A stretch of DNA of 64,000 bases from Phormidesmis sp. (GTDB lineage: Bacteria; Cyanobacteriota; Cyanobacteriia; Leptolyngbyales; Leptolyngbyaceae). The notes under the pieces were generated by a model. That model saw nothing but the letters and a program-made list of their open reading frames with translations, searched no databases and had not been told where the DNA came from. This document shows, piece by piece, positions 18,909 through 31,222 of the stretch. The DNA lies in NCBI GenBank assembly GCA_965248535.1, contig CBDFJR010000002.1, forward strand, positions 608,001 through 672,000, given 5' to 3'. How positions within the stretch are numbered: position 1 is the stretch's first letter; the number at the start of each line of letters is the position of its first letter. The position numbers and the translations under genes are program-made.

Positions 18909-19901
18909 ATGGTCATTCAGATCGAGCCAGCATTCGTTGATCGCAGTGAACTGATTAAGCCAACTGATAGACCCGATCGTGGGTTTGAAGCGATCGGGCA
19001 TCGAGGCGCACGGGGGCTATTGCCCGAAAACACCTTGCCTGCCTTTAGTTTAGCGTTGAGCTTAGGAGTCGATTCGCTAGAGCTTGATGTGGGCATGACC
19101 GCCGATGGAGTGCTTGTGGTTAGTCACGATTCAGAGATTTCGCCCGTGCTTTGTCTGCATCCCAATGGCAAGCCTGTGCGCCGCTATCCTCGGCTGTTGA
19201 TTCGCAAACTGACCTTTGCTGAGGTGCAGCGTTTTGACTGTGGCTCACTCAACCCCGATCGGGCGAAGTTCCCGCACCAGCAGCTTTTGCCCGGCGAAAA
19301 AATGCCCTCGCTGGCGCAAGTCTTTGAGCATCAGATGCAGCATTTTCCAACCTCTCAGGTGCGATACACGATCGAGTGCAAGGTTAGCCCGCTACGATCG
19401 CGAGACACTTTTAGCCCCGATATTTTTGCTCGGCGAGTGGTCGATTTGGTGCGCGATTATCAGATCTTCGATCGCGTCACCATTCAGTCGTTTGATTGGC
19501 GCGTTTTGCTGGCTGTTAAGAAAATAGATTCTCAGATTCAAACGGCTGCGCTGGTCAGACAAAAGCGCGGCAAACCGGGCACGTTGCTGTCTCAAGCAGG
19601 CATTGCTTCCCCATTTTTGGCCGGGCTGGACTTTAGACGCTATCGCGGCAACCTGGCAGACTTGCTCAAAAATGCAGAGTTTATCGATCGCTACTCGCCC
19701 AATTTTGAAACCCTGCTGCCACAGTCAAAAGATTTCATCCAGTCAATTCAAGAGATCCAGGAAGCGGGCTTTCCGGTAATTCCGTGGACAGTAAACGACG
19801 CAGAGACGATGGAGCAACTGATCGATCTCGGCGTAAATGGTTTGATTACCGACTTTCCTGACGTGTTGCTTAAACTTCTGCAACAAAGAGGTCTGCGTTA
19901 A
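18909..19901 (+). CDS. Glycerophosphodiester phosphodiesterase
   Basis: GHRGARGLLPENT, ELDV, VVSHD, IQSFD, PWTVN and LITDFP. Start set after a GGAGG RBS. Confidence 0.92.
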   Translation: MVIQIEPAFVDRSELIKPTDRPDRGFEAIGHRGARGLLPENTLPAFSLALSLGVDSLELDVGMTADGVLVVSHDSEISPVLCLHPNGKPVRRYPRLLIRKLTFAEVQRFDCGSLNPDRAKFPHQQLLPGEKMPSLAQVFEHQMQHFPTSQVRYTIECKVSPLRSRDTFSPDIFARRVVDLVRDYQIFDRVTIQSFDWRVLLAVKKIDSQIQTAALVRQKRGKPGTLLSQAGIASPFLAGLDFRRYRGNLADLLKNAEFIDRYSPNFETLLPQSKDFIQSIQEIQEAGFPVIPWTVNDAETMEQLIDLGVNGLITDFPDVLLKLLQQRGLR

Positions 19902-20050
19902 GAGGAAATCAACGAACCGCTTCACAGCGATCGCCCGTCCGGGAACGCCCTTCCAGTCAGGGTTCCGGGCTTCAGTTCCCAAAATCACTCACCAGACCAA
20001 CGCTGCGCTAGACCAAAAACCACCTGCGCGACCAAACCTATCCTTAAGAA

Positions 20051-20101
20051 ATGTTGACATTTTGTAACTAAACCTTTACATTGTTTACATAAGGTTACAA
20101 A
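20051..20101 (+). promoter_or_regulatory. HLR1-like (RpaB-type) motifs upstream of the HLIP gene
   Basis: TTTACATA-AG-GTTACAAA at 20084-20101, plus TTTACATT at 20075 and an inverted TTTGTAAC at 20061. Confidence 0.7.
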
Positions 20102-20123
20102 ATTCAGTTGTCAAAGGAACGCG

Positions 20124-20339
20124 ATGAGAAACGGCAGTGTCATTGAGAGCGACGGCAAAATTAATATGTTCGCGATCGAGCCGCCAATGATCGTCGAAGA
20201 GTCGAAAGTGGGTTTTACACCCGATGCAGAACTGCTCAACGGGCGTTTAGCCATGATTGGGTTTGTCTCGCTGTTAGCGCTAGAAGGAATCACAGGCCAC
20301 AGCTTGGTCTATTGGGTGACTACCCTGCTCAACCTCTAA
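20124..20339 (+). CDS. High-light-inducible protein (HLIP/SCP)
   Basis: GFTPDAELLNGRLAMIGF chlorophyll-binding helix. Confidence 0.95.
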   Translation: MRNGSVIESDGKINMFAIEPPMIVEESKVGFTPDAELLNGRLAMIGFVSLLALEGITGHSLVYWVTTLLNL

Positions 20340-20375
20340 AACGCAACGGCTATAAATATTGAACACTCTCTTCTC

Positions 20376-20409
20376 ATTAGCTCTGATATGGCATCAGGGC
20401 TAATTTTTT
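20376..20409 (+). terminator. Intrinsic terminator between convergent hli and clpB
   Basis: ATTAGCTCTGAT-ATGGC-ATCAGGGCTAAT hairpin followed by a T-run. Confidence 0.7.
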
Positions 20410-20410
20410 G

Positions 20411-23066
20411 TTATGAATCGGTGGGCACCTGCGGGACAGCAACAACTTTTTTGTCAAATGCCAGTTTGTCATCTACCAAATCGACCAGAATGGTGTCGCC
20501 ATCGACAAAAGTGTTTTCGAGCAGCTTGGTGGCGATCGGGTTCTGCAATTCTCGCTGAATCGCCCGCTTTAACGGACGAGCACCATACACCGGGTCATAG
20601 CCCAAATCAGCAATATAGTTTCGAGCCGCGTCGCTGAGTTGGATCTGGATTTTTTTGTCAGCCAACATCCCTTGAATGCGCTTTAGTTGCAGCACGACGA
20701 TTTCGCCCAACTCAGCCCGACTGAGGGGATGGAAGAGAATCGTGTCATCAATCCGGTTGAGAAACTCCGGCCGAAAATGTTTTTGTAGAGCAATCATCAC
20801 TCGCCGCTGCATCTCATCATATTTAGAGTCATCGCCCGCAACATCCAAGAATGTGTTCGCTGCCAATATTGCTGGTCATCACAATCACGGTGTTGCTGAA
20901 GTCGATCGTTCTGCCTTGAGAATCGGTAATGCGCCCATCGTCTAACACTTGCAGCAAAATGTTAAACACATCGGGGTGAGCTTTTTCGACTTCATCCATC
21001 AACACGACAGAGTAGGGTTTGCGCCGCACCGCTTCCGCCATTTGTCCGCCTTCTTCATAGCCGACATAGCCCGGCGGTGCCCCAATCACCCGCATCACCG
21101 AGCTTTTGTCCATATATTCCGACATATCCATCCGCACCATTGCGTCATCGGCATCAAACAAAAATTGCGCTAATGCTTTGGCAAGCTCGGTTTTTCCGAC
21201 TCCTGTTGGCCCCATGAATAGGAACGACCCGATCGGGCGACCGGGATCTTTCATGCCCGATCGGGCCCGACGAATGGCCGCCGACACCGCCTCGACCGCA
21301 TCTTGTTGCCCAATCACTCGCTGATGCAAATGGTGTTCTAACGTCAAGAGTTTTTGCCGCTCTGACTCCAGCAAGCGATTCACCGGAATGCCCGTCCATT
21401 TGGCGACAATCTCGGCAATATCAGCCTCAGAAACTTGCTCTCTGAGCAGCGTTGAGCCATTGGTCTGCATTTCGAGCAGTTGCGCTTCTTGGGTTTCTAA
21501 ACTGCGCTGCACCGTGCTGAGGCGATCGTATTTCAGCTTGGCGGCCGTGTTGAGATCATAGGCCCGTTCGGCTTGATCGATTTGTACCTTGAGGTGTTCT
21601 TCTTCTTCTTTGAGGTGGTTAATTTCTTCTAGAATCTGCTTTTCATTTTCCCATTGAGAACTCAGCCCTTGCTGCTTTTTCCCCAACTCTTCGATCTCTT
21701 GCTGAATGCGCTCTAACCGATCTTTTGAAGGCCGAAACGCTGCCCCTGTCGTGGCTGTTTTGCCTTCTCCTTCGAGAGAAAGCTTCTCCATTTCTAGCTG
21801 TCTCAAGCGCCGCTCGGTCGTCTCTAACTCGACGGGTTTTGAGGTGATCTCCATCTTGAGTTTGGCGGCGGCTTCGTCTACGAGATCGATCGCTTTGTCG
21901 GGCAAGAAGCGATCGGCGATGTAGCGGCTCGACAGCGTTGCCGCAGCAACCAAGGCAGAATCGGTAATTTTCACCGCGTGGTGAACTTCGTAGCGATTTT
22001 TTAGCCCCCGCAAGATCGAGATGGTGTCCTCAACCGACGGCTGCTCAACGAGAACTTGCTGAAATCGCCGTTCTAACGCGGCATCTTTTTCGATATATTT
22101 ACGATATTCATCTAGCGTGGTTGCGCCAATGCAGCGCAGTTCGCCCCGGGCCAGCATCGGCTTCAGCAGGTTGCCTGCATCCATGTTGCCTTGAGTGGCT
22201 CCGGCTCCAACCACGGTGTGAAGCTCGTCGATAAAAAGCACGACTTGCCCATCGGAGTTGATCACTTCTTTAAGCACAGCGCGGAGACGGTCTTCAAATT
22301 CGCCGCGATATTTTGCGCCAGCGATTAAAGAACCCATGTCTAGCGAGATCAAGACGCGATTTTTTAAAGATTCCGGCACGTCGCCGTTGACGATGCGTTG
22401 GGCTAGGCCTTCAGCGATCGCCGTTTTGCCCACGCCCGGTTCACCGATGAGAACCGGATTATTCTTCGTCCGGCGAGACAACACTTGAATCACCCGCCGA
22501 ATTTCTTCATCTCGCCCGATCACGGGATCAATCTTTCCGGCTTTGGCCTTTTCGGTCAGATCTTGTCCAAATTTTTCGAGCGCAGAATAGCGGGATTCAG
22601 GACTTTGGTCGGTGACTTTTTGGCTGCCCCGCACTTCTTTGATCGCCGTTTCTAATTTGGCGGTGTCGAGATTAAACCCGCGAAACAGCTTCATTCCCAA
22701 GCGGGGATCGTTGGCAAACCCGATTAAAAAATGCTCGATCGAGATAAAGTCATCTTGCCAATTGTTGCGCGCTAGCTCCGAGCGATCGAGCAACGTGTCT
22801 AAATAGCGACCCAAATAAAGCTGCTCAGTGTTGCCGACTTTGGGCTGTCGCTTGGCATAGTCATCGACCTGCTGACCCAACTGCTGCACATCGACCCCGG
22901 CTTTAGTAAGAATCTTATTAGCCAGCCCATCTTTTTGCTCAATGACGCTGGTGAGCAGGTGCTCAACTTCTAAATTTTGGTGTTTATAGCGCCGAACCAC
23001 ATCCTGCGCTTGGACGATCGCCTCCCATGCTTTGTCAGTAAATTTGCTTGGGTCAGTGGGTTGCAT
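20411..23066 (-). CDS. clpB: ATP-dependent chaperone ClpB, with one extra base near 20848 splitting it into two ORFs
   Basis: [16 protein letters not shown], middle coiled coil and [16 protein letters not shown]. Removing one base joins [10 protein letters not shown] to [12 protein letters not shown]. Confidence 0.93.
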
Positions 23067-23153
23067 GTTCTCCAGTCGGTCTTTCTAAATCGGCTTCTCT
23101 AAATCTCATTGTAGCCTTTAGTGATGGGCGGTTTGCTGTTAGTGGCAAGCTTT

Positions 23154-24791
23154 CTAAAACTCAAACCCAAACCGAATCAACCACTGCCAAATCATCGGGC
23201 TGGCTCGATTATTGGGGTTAGAAACGATCAGAAATCCGGGGCTGATGTTGAAGTGATCATTCAACGCTAACCCAAAATAGCCTTCTAGATTGGTTTGGGT
23301 CGCGTTGCCGAGCTTATGTTCAACAAACGGTTGACCGAGGGCGATCCCGGCTCTAGACCCTGGGATCAAGAAATTTCGCACCGCAAACCCCAAGGCCCAG
23401 CTTTTAGGATTGAGGTCTAAATCTCTTCCTAGCGCGGTGTTGAAGCCAGTGTAGTTGCCGATTCCTAGTCGTCCAAACACCCCAAATGGCCGTTTGATTG
23501 TCCATTCTGCATTGATGCCGCCTGCGTTAATCGTGCTGCCGTTAATTTCTGCGTGAGTATATTGCAATCGCACGGTGATCGGCTGTTGAGGAAGGCTATA
23601 TTCAACCTCTAAGGTGCCCTGGTAGCGATCGCCAAACAGTCCGCCTCCGTTAGGAGTTTTAGCAGGATTGTTGGCATCGGCAGCCGCATAAAATCCGCGC
23701 AAAATCAAGCGATCGCGAACCGTCCATGCCACAGCAGCCCCGGCTCCCCCAAAGCGATCGAGTTCGTTTTGCACGATTAAAGGATTGTTGGCAAAAAAGC
23801 TAGACGTGAAATTATCACCCGCTTGATTGGCAAACGTGTTGCGATCGACAAAATCACTGGGGGGCAGCTTAGACCCAACGGCGACTTCCAGATTTGAAGA
23901 CGGCTGAAACAGGTAGTAGAGCTTTCTCAACCGCACCTCAGGCGGAACGCCCACATAATCTAAGCCACCGCCATCGGCCAAAACACCCGTCGTGCCCAAC
24001 AGATTTTGTCGTTGATTTTGAGCCGTCGAAATCGCGTCTCTGCCGTTGTTTCCGGCTTCTAGCTGGCTGACTAAGCGATCGCGGCCGTTAAAGCTCGTGA
24101 TCAGATTCAGTCGAGTCCGCGAGTCTAGACTGAGCCTGTCTCTAGAACCGTTTGTGACGGCAAAAATTGTTTGCCCATTGAGCTTAGTGGTGGTCGAAAA
24201 TTGGCGATCGTCTAACTGAAGACTGCGGCTCGTGATGGTGTTGAGGCGCGATCGTAGGTCACTCAGCGCATTACCATAGGCTACATTTAGCCGCCGAATT
24301 GTCAACACATCTTGTTGCGCCGTGCCGCCGATGTCTCCGGCCAGCAGTTGCTCTTCGACTTTGCCCAGCACTGCACTTAGAGTCACGCTAAACTCATCGC
24401 GGGTCAGCGATCGGTTGCCGCGAAAGGTGCCATCTGGATAGCCGACAATCACGCCATAGCGCTCAACCAGAGATTGCAGCGCCTGAAAAGCCCAATCACC
24501 CGGCTTGAGATCGGATAGCTGCGAAACCGATGTGACTTGCGCCATCGAGTCTTCAGGACTCGACAGATCGAGATCTTGACTCCACTCAGGCGCATTGAGA
24601 GATTGGGGAGGCGCGATCGCCGCCGTCTCTTGAGCATCAAACCTCTGGGAATCTCGCACCCCAGAAATCACCGGAAGAGCGCTAGGGGGAGATAGTGAGT
24701 TGGTCTCATTTGCCCACCCAGACCGGGGTGCCAAAATGCTAAGGCTCCCTAAACTGACCGCCAACCATTTAGACTTCTTCACCGATCTCAC
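23154..24791 (-). CDS. Cyanobacterial SLH-domain outer-membrane porin (OprB/iron-uptake porin family)
   Basis: QVTSVSQLSD...WAFQALQSLVERYG...GYPDGTFRGNR, QFSTTTKLNG and C-terminal F. Confidence 0.9.
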   Translation of the reverse strand: MRSVKKSKWLAVSLGSLSILAPRSGWANETNSLSPPSALPVISGVRDSQRFDAQETAAIAPPQSLNAPEWSQDLDLSSPEDSMAQVTSVSQLSDLKPGDWAFQALQSLVERYGVIVGYPDGTFRGNRSLTRDEFSVTLSAVLGKVEEQLLAGDIGGTAQQDVLTIRRLNVAYGNALSDLRSRLNTITSRSLQLDDRQFSTTTKLNGQTIFAVTNGSRDRLSLDSRTRLNLITSFNGRDRLVSQLEAGNNGRDAISTAQNQRQNLLGTTGVLADGGGLDYVGVPPEVRLRKLYYLFQPSSNLEVAVGSKLPPSDFVDRNTFANQAGDNFTSSFFANNPLIVQNELDRFGGAGAAVAWTVRDRLILRGFYAAADANNPAKTPNGGGLFGDRYQGTLEVEYSLPQQPITVRLQYTHAEINGSTINAGGINAEWTIKRPFGVFGRLGIGNYTGFNTALGRDLDLNPKSWALGFAVRNFLIPGSRAGIALGQPFVEHKLGNATQTNLEGYFGLALNDHFNISPGFLIVSNPNNRASPMIWQWLIRFGFEF

Positions 24792-24877
24792 TCCTCAAAG
24801 AGGGCTGTTGGCCCGATCGGGCATCACAATCGCCCGCCATTCTCACCATCAGGAGTATAAACGCTCGTTGAGATCGG

Positions 24878-24920
24878 GAAAAAGAAAAGGGAGAAAGGGA
24901 CGCTCCTTCTTCCCTTTCTA
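24878..24920 (-). terminator. Probable intrinsic terminator after gloA
   Basis: AGAAAAGGGAGAAAGGGA / TCCTTCTTCCCTTTCT imperfect inverted repeat with a T-rich tail on the minus strand. Confidence 0.5.
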
Positions 24921-24926
24921 GAGTTT

Positions 24927-25355
24927 CTAAACCGAGGCGGCAGAGGGAGATTTTTCGGGGGCAGCAGCGATCGTCTTTTGCTGAATCAACTCGACTTTGT
25001 AGCCATTGGGGTCTTCAACAAAGGCGATCACCGTTGACCCGTGCTTCATCGGGCCGGGTTCGCGGGTGATTTTGCCGCCGCGATCGCGGATCTCTTGGCA
25101 GGTGGCGTAAATATCATCGACCCCGATCGCAATATGCCCATAAGCGTCGCCCAAACTGTAGTCATTTTTGCCCCAGTTATAAGTCAACTCAATTACAGTA
25201 TGGTCAGACTCATCGCCATAGCCAATGAACGCCAGCGTAAACTCACCGCCCGGATAGTCTTTCTTTCGCAGCAGCGTCATCCCCAGAAGCTCGCAATAAA
25301 ACTTCAGCGATTCATCTAAATCACCGACTCTTAGCATGGTGTGCAATAGTCGCAT
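24927..25355 (-). CDS. gloA: Lactoylglutathione lyase (glyoxalase I)
   Basis: [13 protein letters not shown]...ELTYNWG...GHIAIGV...[13 protein letters not shown]. Confidence 0.95.
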   Translation of the reverse strand: MRLLHTMLRVGDLDESLKFYCELLGMTLLRKKDYPGGEFTLAFIGYGDESDHTVIELTYNWGKNDYSLGDAYGHIAIGVDDIYATCQEIRDRGGKITREPGPMKHGSTVIAFVEDPNGYKVELIQQKTIAAAPEKSPSAASV

Positions 25356-25522
25356 CGAAGTTTCTCCATTCTTTATCGAGTGTTCGCTACTATTCTGGCA
25401 AACCTCGCTCAATAATCTTGAGACACCCTAAATATCCTCCCAGAATGTCCTGTAAGGACGTATTCTAAGCGATGGGCAAATGCTGCCATTCATCCCTCCT
25501 CCCTTTTATCTGAGGTCTATAG

Positions 25523-26815
<1,293 letters not shown>

Positions 26816-26852
26816 GATCGTCAATTAAATCACTTCGACCATCGCCAAGGTG

Positions 26853-26915
26853 TCTCGCCCCCCTCTCCCAAACTGGGAGGGGGGAGCAAGAGTCCGGTTT
26901 GCGAGGAGGGCGAGA
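26853..26915. repeat. Cyanobacterial short dispersed palindromic repeat
   Basis: CCCCTCTCCCAAACTGGGAGGGGGG hairpin inside TCTCGCCC...GGGCGAGA arms. A related copy lies at 32316-32388. Confidence 0.6.
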
Positions 26916-26963
26916 ATCTTGGCATTCATCACCCAATCCTCAGTGTCTTCTGGAGCGATCGTG

Positions 26964-28124
26964 TCAAACAACGCAACTTAATGAGCGGACTAATTGCTCA
27001 ATGTGTTGGCGATCGTGGGTTGCCATGATCGTCATGCGAATGCGACTCGTTGGCACCGTTGGGGGACGGATTGCAGGCGCAAAAATGCCCGCATCTTTAA
27101 GGGCTTGCCCAACTTGCAGGGCGATTTCTATGTTGGGTAATTGCAGACATACGATCGCAGACTCTGACGGCAAAAGCTCTAAAGAGTGCTGTTGGATTAA
27201 TTGTTTGAATAATGCGACGTTTTGCCAGAGTTTTTCTCTACGTTGTGGCTCATGTTGCACAATCTCGATCGCTGCAATGGCGGCTGCCGTGTCTGCGGGT
27301 GATAGCCCGGTTGTATAAATCCAGCTAGCAGCACGATTGCGAAGAAATTCAATCAGCGTTGTCGAACCTGCTACATAGCCACCCAAACTGCCTAATGATT
27401 TACTTAACGTTCCCATTTGAATCAGCAATCGTCCTGTGCATCCAAAGTGTTCTACACAGCCTGCCCCCATCTTGCCCATGACTCCTGTTGCGTGGGCCTC
27501 ATCGACTAACACCATGCAGCTAAATTCATCTGCTAAATCGAGCAGTTGGGGCAGTGGACAGAGATCGCCATCCATGCTAAAAACCGTGTCAGTGAGAATT
27601 AGACAGCGTTGAAAATGAGGGCGCTGTTGCATCAGTTTGGTTCGCAAATCTTGCCCATCGCAGTGGGCATACTCTAGAGTAGTTGCACCACTGACGATCG
27701 CGCCAGTTCTCAAGCTAGAGTGATTGAATTGATCAGAGAGAATCAGGTCACGTTTGCCGACGATCGCCGATATCGTCCCCAAGTTTGCCAGATAGCCAGA
27801 GCTAAAGATGATTGCATCTTCAGTGTTCTTGAGACGTGCGATCGCGCCTTCTAACTCTCGATGCAGTTCTCGATGTCCTGTGATTAATCGCGATCCTGTG
27901 CTTCCCGTTCCATAATGTTGAGTTGCAGCAATCGCTGCTTGAATTAATCGTTCGTCCCCTGCCAATCCTAAATAATCATTGCTGGCAAAGTTGAGAAACG
28001 GTTTTCCTTCAATTTGCACGATCGCACCGGGGCGACTCTCGATCGCGGTCACCGACCGATGCCAGCCAGCCTTGTGAATCGCCGCGAGGGATTGATCAAC
28101 CCAAGCGTAAACATTCGTCATCAT
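26964..28124 (-). CDS. bioF: 8-amino-7-oxononanoate synthase
   Basis: [39 protein letters not shown] and AIRPPTVP. Confidence 0.95.
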   Translation of the reverse strand: MMTNVYAWVDQSLAAIHKAGWHRSVTAIESRPGAIVQIEGKPFLNFASNDYLGLAGDERLIQAAIAATQHYGTGSTGSRLITGHRELHRELEGAIARLKNTEDAIIFSSGYLANLGTISAIVGKRDLILSDQFNHSSLRTGAIVSGATTLEYAHCDGQDLRTKLMQQRPHFQRCLILTDTVFSMDGDLCPLPQLLDLADEFSCMVLVDEAHATGVMGKMGAGCVEHFGCTGRLLIQMGTLSKSLGSLGGYVAGSTTLIEFLRNRAASWIYTTGLSPADTAAAIAAIEIVQHEPQRREKLWQNVALFKQLIQQHSLELLPSESAIVCLQLPNIEIALQVGQALKDAGIFAPAIRPPTVPTSRIRMTIMATHDRQHIEQLVRSLSCVV

Positions 28125-28339
28125 TCTTGGGGCGGCTCGTCGGGTTGAATCTCAGCACTTTTGCCGCGCACGGGTGGCAGGCGATCAACTAAACCCATGT
28201 CAAACGCCACATCGGGCAAATCTCCGGTGATGTATTTGCCGGGTTGAAAGACTCGCCCCGGCGTAAAACAGACTTGACGAAGCACCACTTCTTCACCGGG
28301 TAAAAACATACTGCGAGACAGTCTGCGTTCGATCGCCAT
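28121..28339 (-). CDS. Hypothetical protein
   Basis: 72-aa ORF with a GGAGA RBS whose stop overlaps the bioF start. Confidence 0.6.
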   Translation of the reverse strand: MAIERRLSRSMFLPGEEVVLRQVCFTPGRVFQPGKYITGDLPDVAFDMGLVDRLPPVRGKSAEIQPDEPPQE

Positions 28340-28365
28340 TGCTCATTCTCCCTGGTTTTTAGACG

Positions 28366-29058
28366 TTATAAATCAGCCGGATCGATGCCCAACTCTTGAA
28401 GCTTTCTCAAAAAGATTGCTGCTTGAGCTTCGGCTTGATCCGCTCGTTGCCGCTCTTGAATTTCAGCTTCTTCAGGAGTCGGAACTAATGCTCCTTCTAG
28501 CGTGAAAAATCTTAGCTGCTCATTGAGAACCCCTAGAAATAGCTGTAGTTCATCACTCCAGAGCCAGCCGCGATCGTTGGGTTCGATGATTTCATAGTGA
28601 CGATAGTTCAGCTTAAAGCCTGTGAATTCTAACGTGTAGGGGTGGAACCAAAAATAATCGGGAGTCCGAAATATGTCTTGATACAGTTGTTTTTTTAAGC
28701 CGCGATCTACCTGAGCCGTGCTGTCAGAGAGCACTTCAAGAATGAAATTAGGATATTTGCCATCTTCAGCCCACACGACCCAGCTTTTACGATCGCGCCG
28801 CTCAGTGTCTAACACCACAAAGAAATCAGGCCCTCTCACGTCTTCAGATTTGCGTTGGCGAATGCTGTAATAAATGCTCAGATTCCCACCCGCAAAGAAG
28901 TCAGTGCGATCGCTCCACAACCGTTCTAAGCAGGTTAACAACAGAATTAGCTGTCTAAGGTGTCGCGTAGTTTCCAAGGGTGGCTCGTCGCTCAATAACT
29001 CATCAGGCGGAAAGATAGGAGTGTCAGGTTGGGTGCTGAGAACCATGTTGCTCACCAA
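28366..29058 (-). CDS. Uma2-family endonuclease
   Basis: SDEPPLET, GPDFFVV, RKSWVVWAEDGKYPNFILEVLS. Confidence 0.9.
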   Translation of the reverse strand: MVSNMVLSTQPDTPIFPPDELLSDEPPLETTRHLRQLILLLTCLERLWSDRTDFFAGGNLSIYYSIRQRKSEDVRGPDFFVVLDTERRDRKSWVVWAEDGKYPNFILEVLSDSTAQVDRGLKKQLYQDIFRTPDYFWFHPYTLEFTGFKLNYRHYEIIEPNDRGWLWSDELQLFLGVLNEQLRFFTLEGALVPTPEEAEIQERQRADQAEAQAAIFLRKLQELGIDPADL

Positions 29059-29078
29059 TGATCAAGCTTGCCTCTAGT

Positions 29079-29447
29079 CTAGTGGCCAATGCCATTGAGT
29101 TGCAGATAGCTCAATAGCCAGTTAGCGATCGTGGCTCGTCGGGTCTTGCGCGGAATTAATTCATCCAATTTATAGCCCCCAAATCCCAGCTTTTCTTTGA
29201 GGAGTTGCTTATTCTCAACCGGGATCGATCGCGTCAGTTTCACCACGGCCGGGCGACTTTCAATAAAATCGGGCGGATCGGGATACACCGATCGCCAAGC
29301 TGGGTCAACGTCTTCACTGATCCACGTCGTGCCGTCATAGCGATAGCCCAAACACTGCCAAACCAAACGATTTACGGTGTCATCGTCTAGGGTGTCGTTG
29401 AGAATCGCCCAAATCACATCAGTCGTTAGCAGAGGAAGATTAGACAT
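29079..29447 (-). CDS. DUF1823-family protein
   Basis: VNRLVWQCLGYRY...KLTRSIP.ENKQLLKEKLGF.GYK...TRRATIANWLL. Confidence 0.85.
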   Translation of the reverse strand: MSNLPLLTTDVIWAILNDTLDDDTVNRLVWQCLGYRYDGTTWISEDVDPAWRSVYPDPPDFIESRPAVVKLTRSIPVENKQLLKEKLGFGGYKLDELIPRKTRRATIANWLLSYLQLNGIGH

Positions 29448-29534
29448 CAGAAGCCGCAGATCAGACTGCGATCAGCATACAACTTGTCTCCGATCGCTGT
29501 CACAATAAACGATGGCATTCACACTACTCACGCG

Positions 29535-29771
29535 ATGCGATTTACAATTTCGAGCGGGTCTGGGCAAACGTTAGCGATCGGGCAACTCTTCATTCAAACC
29601 AGCGAAACGGGAGAACAGCGGCTTTGTTTTCAGAGCGATCGCGGCACCCTGATTGAAGGCGGCCCGATCGCTGCCGATGGCGATCTGACTGAGGCCAGTC
29701 AAGAATTATATCGGCAGTTCTTCGCCACTTGGGGCGTGATGGGCATTACGATGGCTTCCCCATCTCGTTAA
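29535..29771 (+). CDS. Hypothetical protein
   Basis: ORF fills the gap between neighbours. ATG start at 29535 chosen. Confidence 0.55.
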   Translation: MRFTISSGSGQTLAIGQLFIQTSETGEQRLCFQSDRGTLIEGGPIAADGDLTEASQELYRQFFATWGVMGITMASPSR

Positions 29772-29773
29772 CC

Positions 29774-30685
29774 TCACCTCAACTGGGCCACGGTGGAGGG
29801 CATCAAGTCTGACTTTGCCATTTGCGATCGCTGCTGGTTGTGATGTTCTAATGCACTGGCGATCGCGTCTCTTCGCCGCTCTTGATCACCTGTAATGCTG
29901 TCATAGCGATTGCCCAATCCGGGTGCGTCCCACGTCTGAGTTTTGGGGTTGAGAAACGAATAGGTGCGCGCCCACAAAACCGCACTTGATCCGGTCAATC
30001 CTTTTTGGTGAGCGGCTCTCAGCCAATCGACATATCCCCCTTGATCCAACGCCGCCAAAGGCGCTTGATTGGCTAAATCAATGCCGTTGAGTCTTTCTTC
30101 TAAAGTCATTTGAATGCCGTTGCTATCGGCTCTTTGGGTGAGCACCTGACTCTGACGACGCAGGCGGCGCAGTTGACGATCGTCGGCTTCTTCGGGGGTG
30201 CAGGTTGCGTCACAGTGTTGATAAGAAAAGCTGCCCAGATTCCAGACCCCATTGCCGGGGTCAACGTGCCCATAATAGGCGCGAGTTTTGCTGCCATTCA
30301 GCGATCGGGTGCCTTCGGCATGGCCGACCACTCTGGCCACGATCGAGTTGCTGCCCCCTTCAAAGATCGCATCGGCATTGTCAACCCCAGGCAAAACCTC
30401 CGACCCCGCAGATTGAGGACGTTCTGCCACGATTTTTTCTGTCGCTGCTCTCTCTGATAGAGGAGGATTCAACGACTTCAGAAGATTAAAACTCAGTTCG
30501 GGAGATGAGTGAGCCGGGGGAGCCTCGACTTGAAGACGGCTAGCTGCGGTGGTTTCTGCGGGGTTGCGCTTTGCGCTAATCGTGACATCAAAATTCAGCG
30601 GCCCAGATTGAGAGGCGTGAGCGATCTTGGCGGCGCTAAAAAACATGGCGACGAAGCTAACCGCAACCAAGAGAAATTTTTTCAT
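29774..30685 (-). CDS. Secreted hypothetical protein
   Basis: Signal peptide MKKFLLVAVSFVAMFFSAAKIAHA, low-complexity linker, globular C-terminal domain (GHAEGTR...YYGHVDPGNG). Confidence 0.75.
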   Translation of the reverse strand: MKKFLLVAVSFVAMFFSAAKIAHASQSGPLNFDVTISAKRNPAETTAASRLQVEAPPAHSSPELSFNLLKSLNPPLSERAATEKIVAERPQSAGSEVLPGVDNADAIFEGGSNSIVARVVGHAEGTRSLNGSKTRAYYGHVDPGNGVWNLGSFSYQHCDATCTPEEADDRQLRRLRRQSQVLTQRADSNGIQMTLEERLNGIDLANQAPLAALDQGGYVDWLRAAHQKGLTGSSAVLWARTYSFLNPKTQTWDAPGLGNRYDSITGDQERRRDAIASALEHHNQQRSQMAKSDLMPSTVAQLR

Positions 30686-30735
30686 CGTTGGGTAGATTAA
30701 CAGTTGGGTAGATTAAAAGATTAAGGGCAAATCTG

Positions 30736-31125
30736 CTATGACCTGCGGAAGCTAAAGGCATAGCCTCGATATTCATCGCCCTCATAGAGCACAATCAGCC
30801 AAGTCTGCGGGTCAAACGCTAGAGGATAGACCTCTCGATCAGACTTCACCCCAGGATGCACCTCTAAAGGTGCCAACGTGCAATAAGGCGTTTTGAGCAG
30901 CGATCGCACGTTATCTCTACGATCGCCTTCTGCAATGGTGAGCAGTTGAGTCAGCCGCTCTCTAGAGAGCGTGACTTCAGACTTGACTGCGGTTTGACAG
31001 AGGTCGTTAGGCGCTTTGGCCCCCAACAGATCTCGCGGATTGATTAACATCCCTGCTAGGGCAACGAAGGTGCCTGCTGCTAGCAAATACTTCACAGACT
31101 GTCTTCGAGAACGTCGGTATTTCAT
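30736..31125 (-). CDS. Hypothetical membrane-anchored or exported protein
   Basis: Basic N-terminus plus hydrophobic helix, then PYC...YPLAFDPQTWLIVLYEG. Confidence 0.7.
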   Translation of the reverse strand: MKYRRSRRQSVKYLLAAGTFVALAGMLINPRDLLGAKAPNDLCQTAVKSEVTLSRERLTQLLTIAEGDRRDNVRSLLKTPYCTLAPLEVHPGVKSDREVYPLAFDPQTWLIVLYEGDEYRGYAFSFRRS

Positions 31126-31222
31126 AGTCTTTCTCCTGTGGGCTAGAGGGTGAGAAGAGGACAGGACAAAGGATCGCGATGACGCTAAAAGCGAGTCGCT
31201 TTCAAGTCGTTATGGATTTTAT

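Noticed and set aside
20064..20079. NtcA site upstream of the HLIP gene
   Set aside because: Spacing is GTA-N10-TAC, not N8. The HLR1-like units explain it better.
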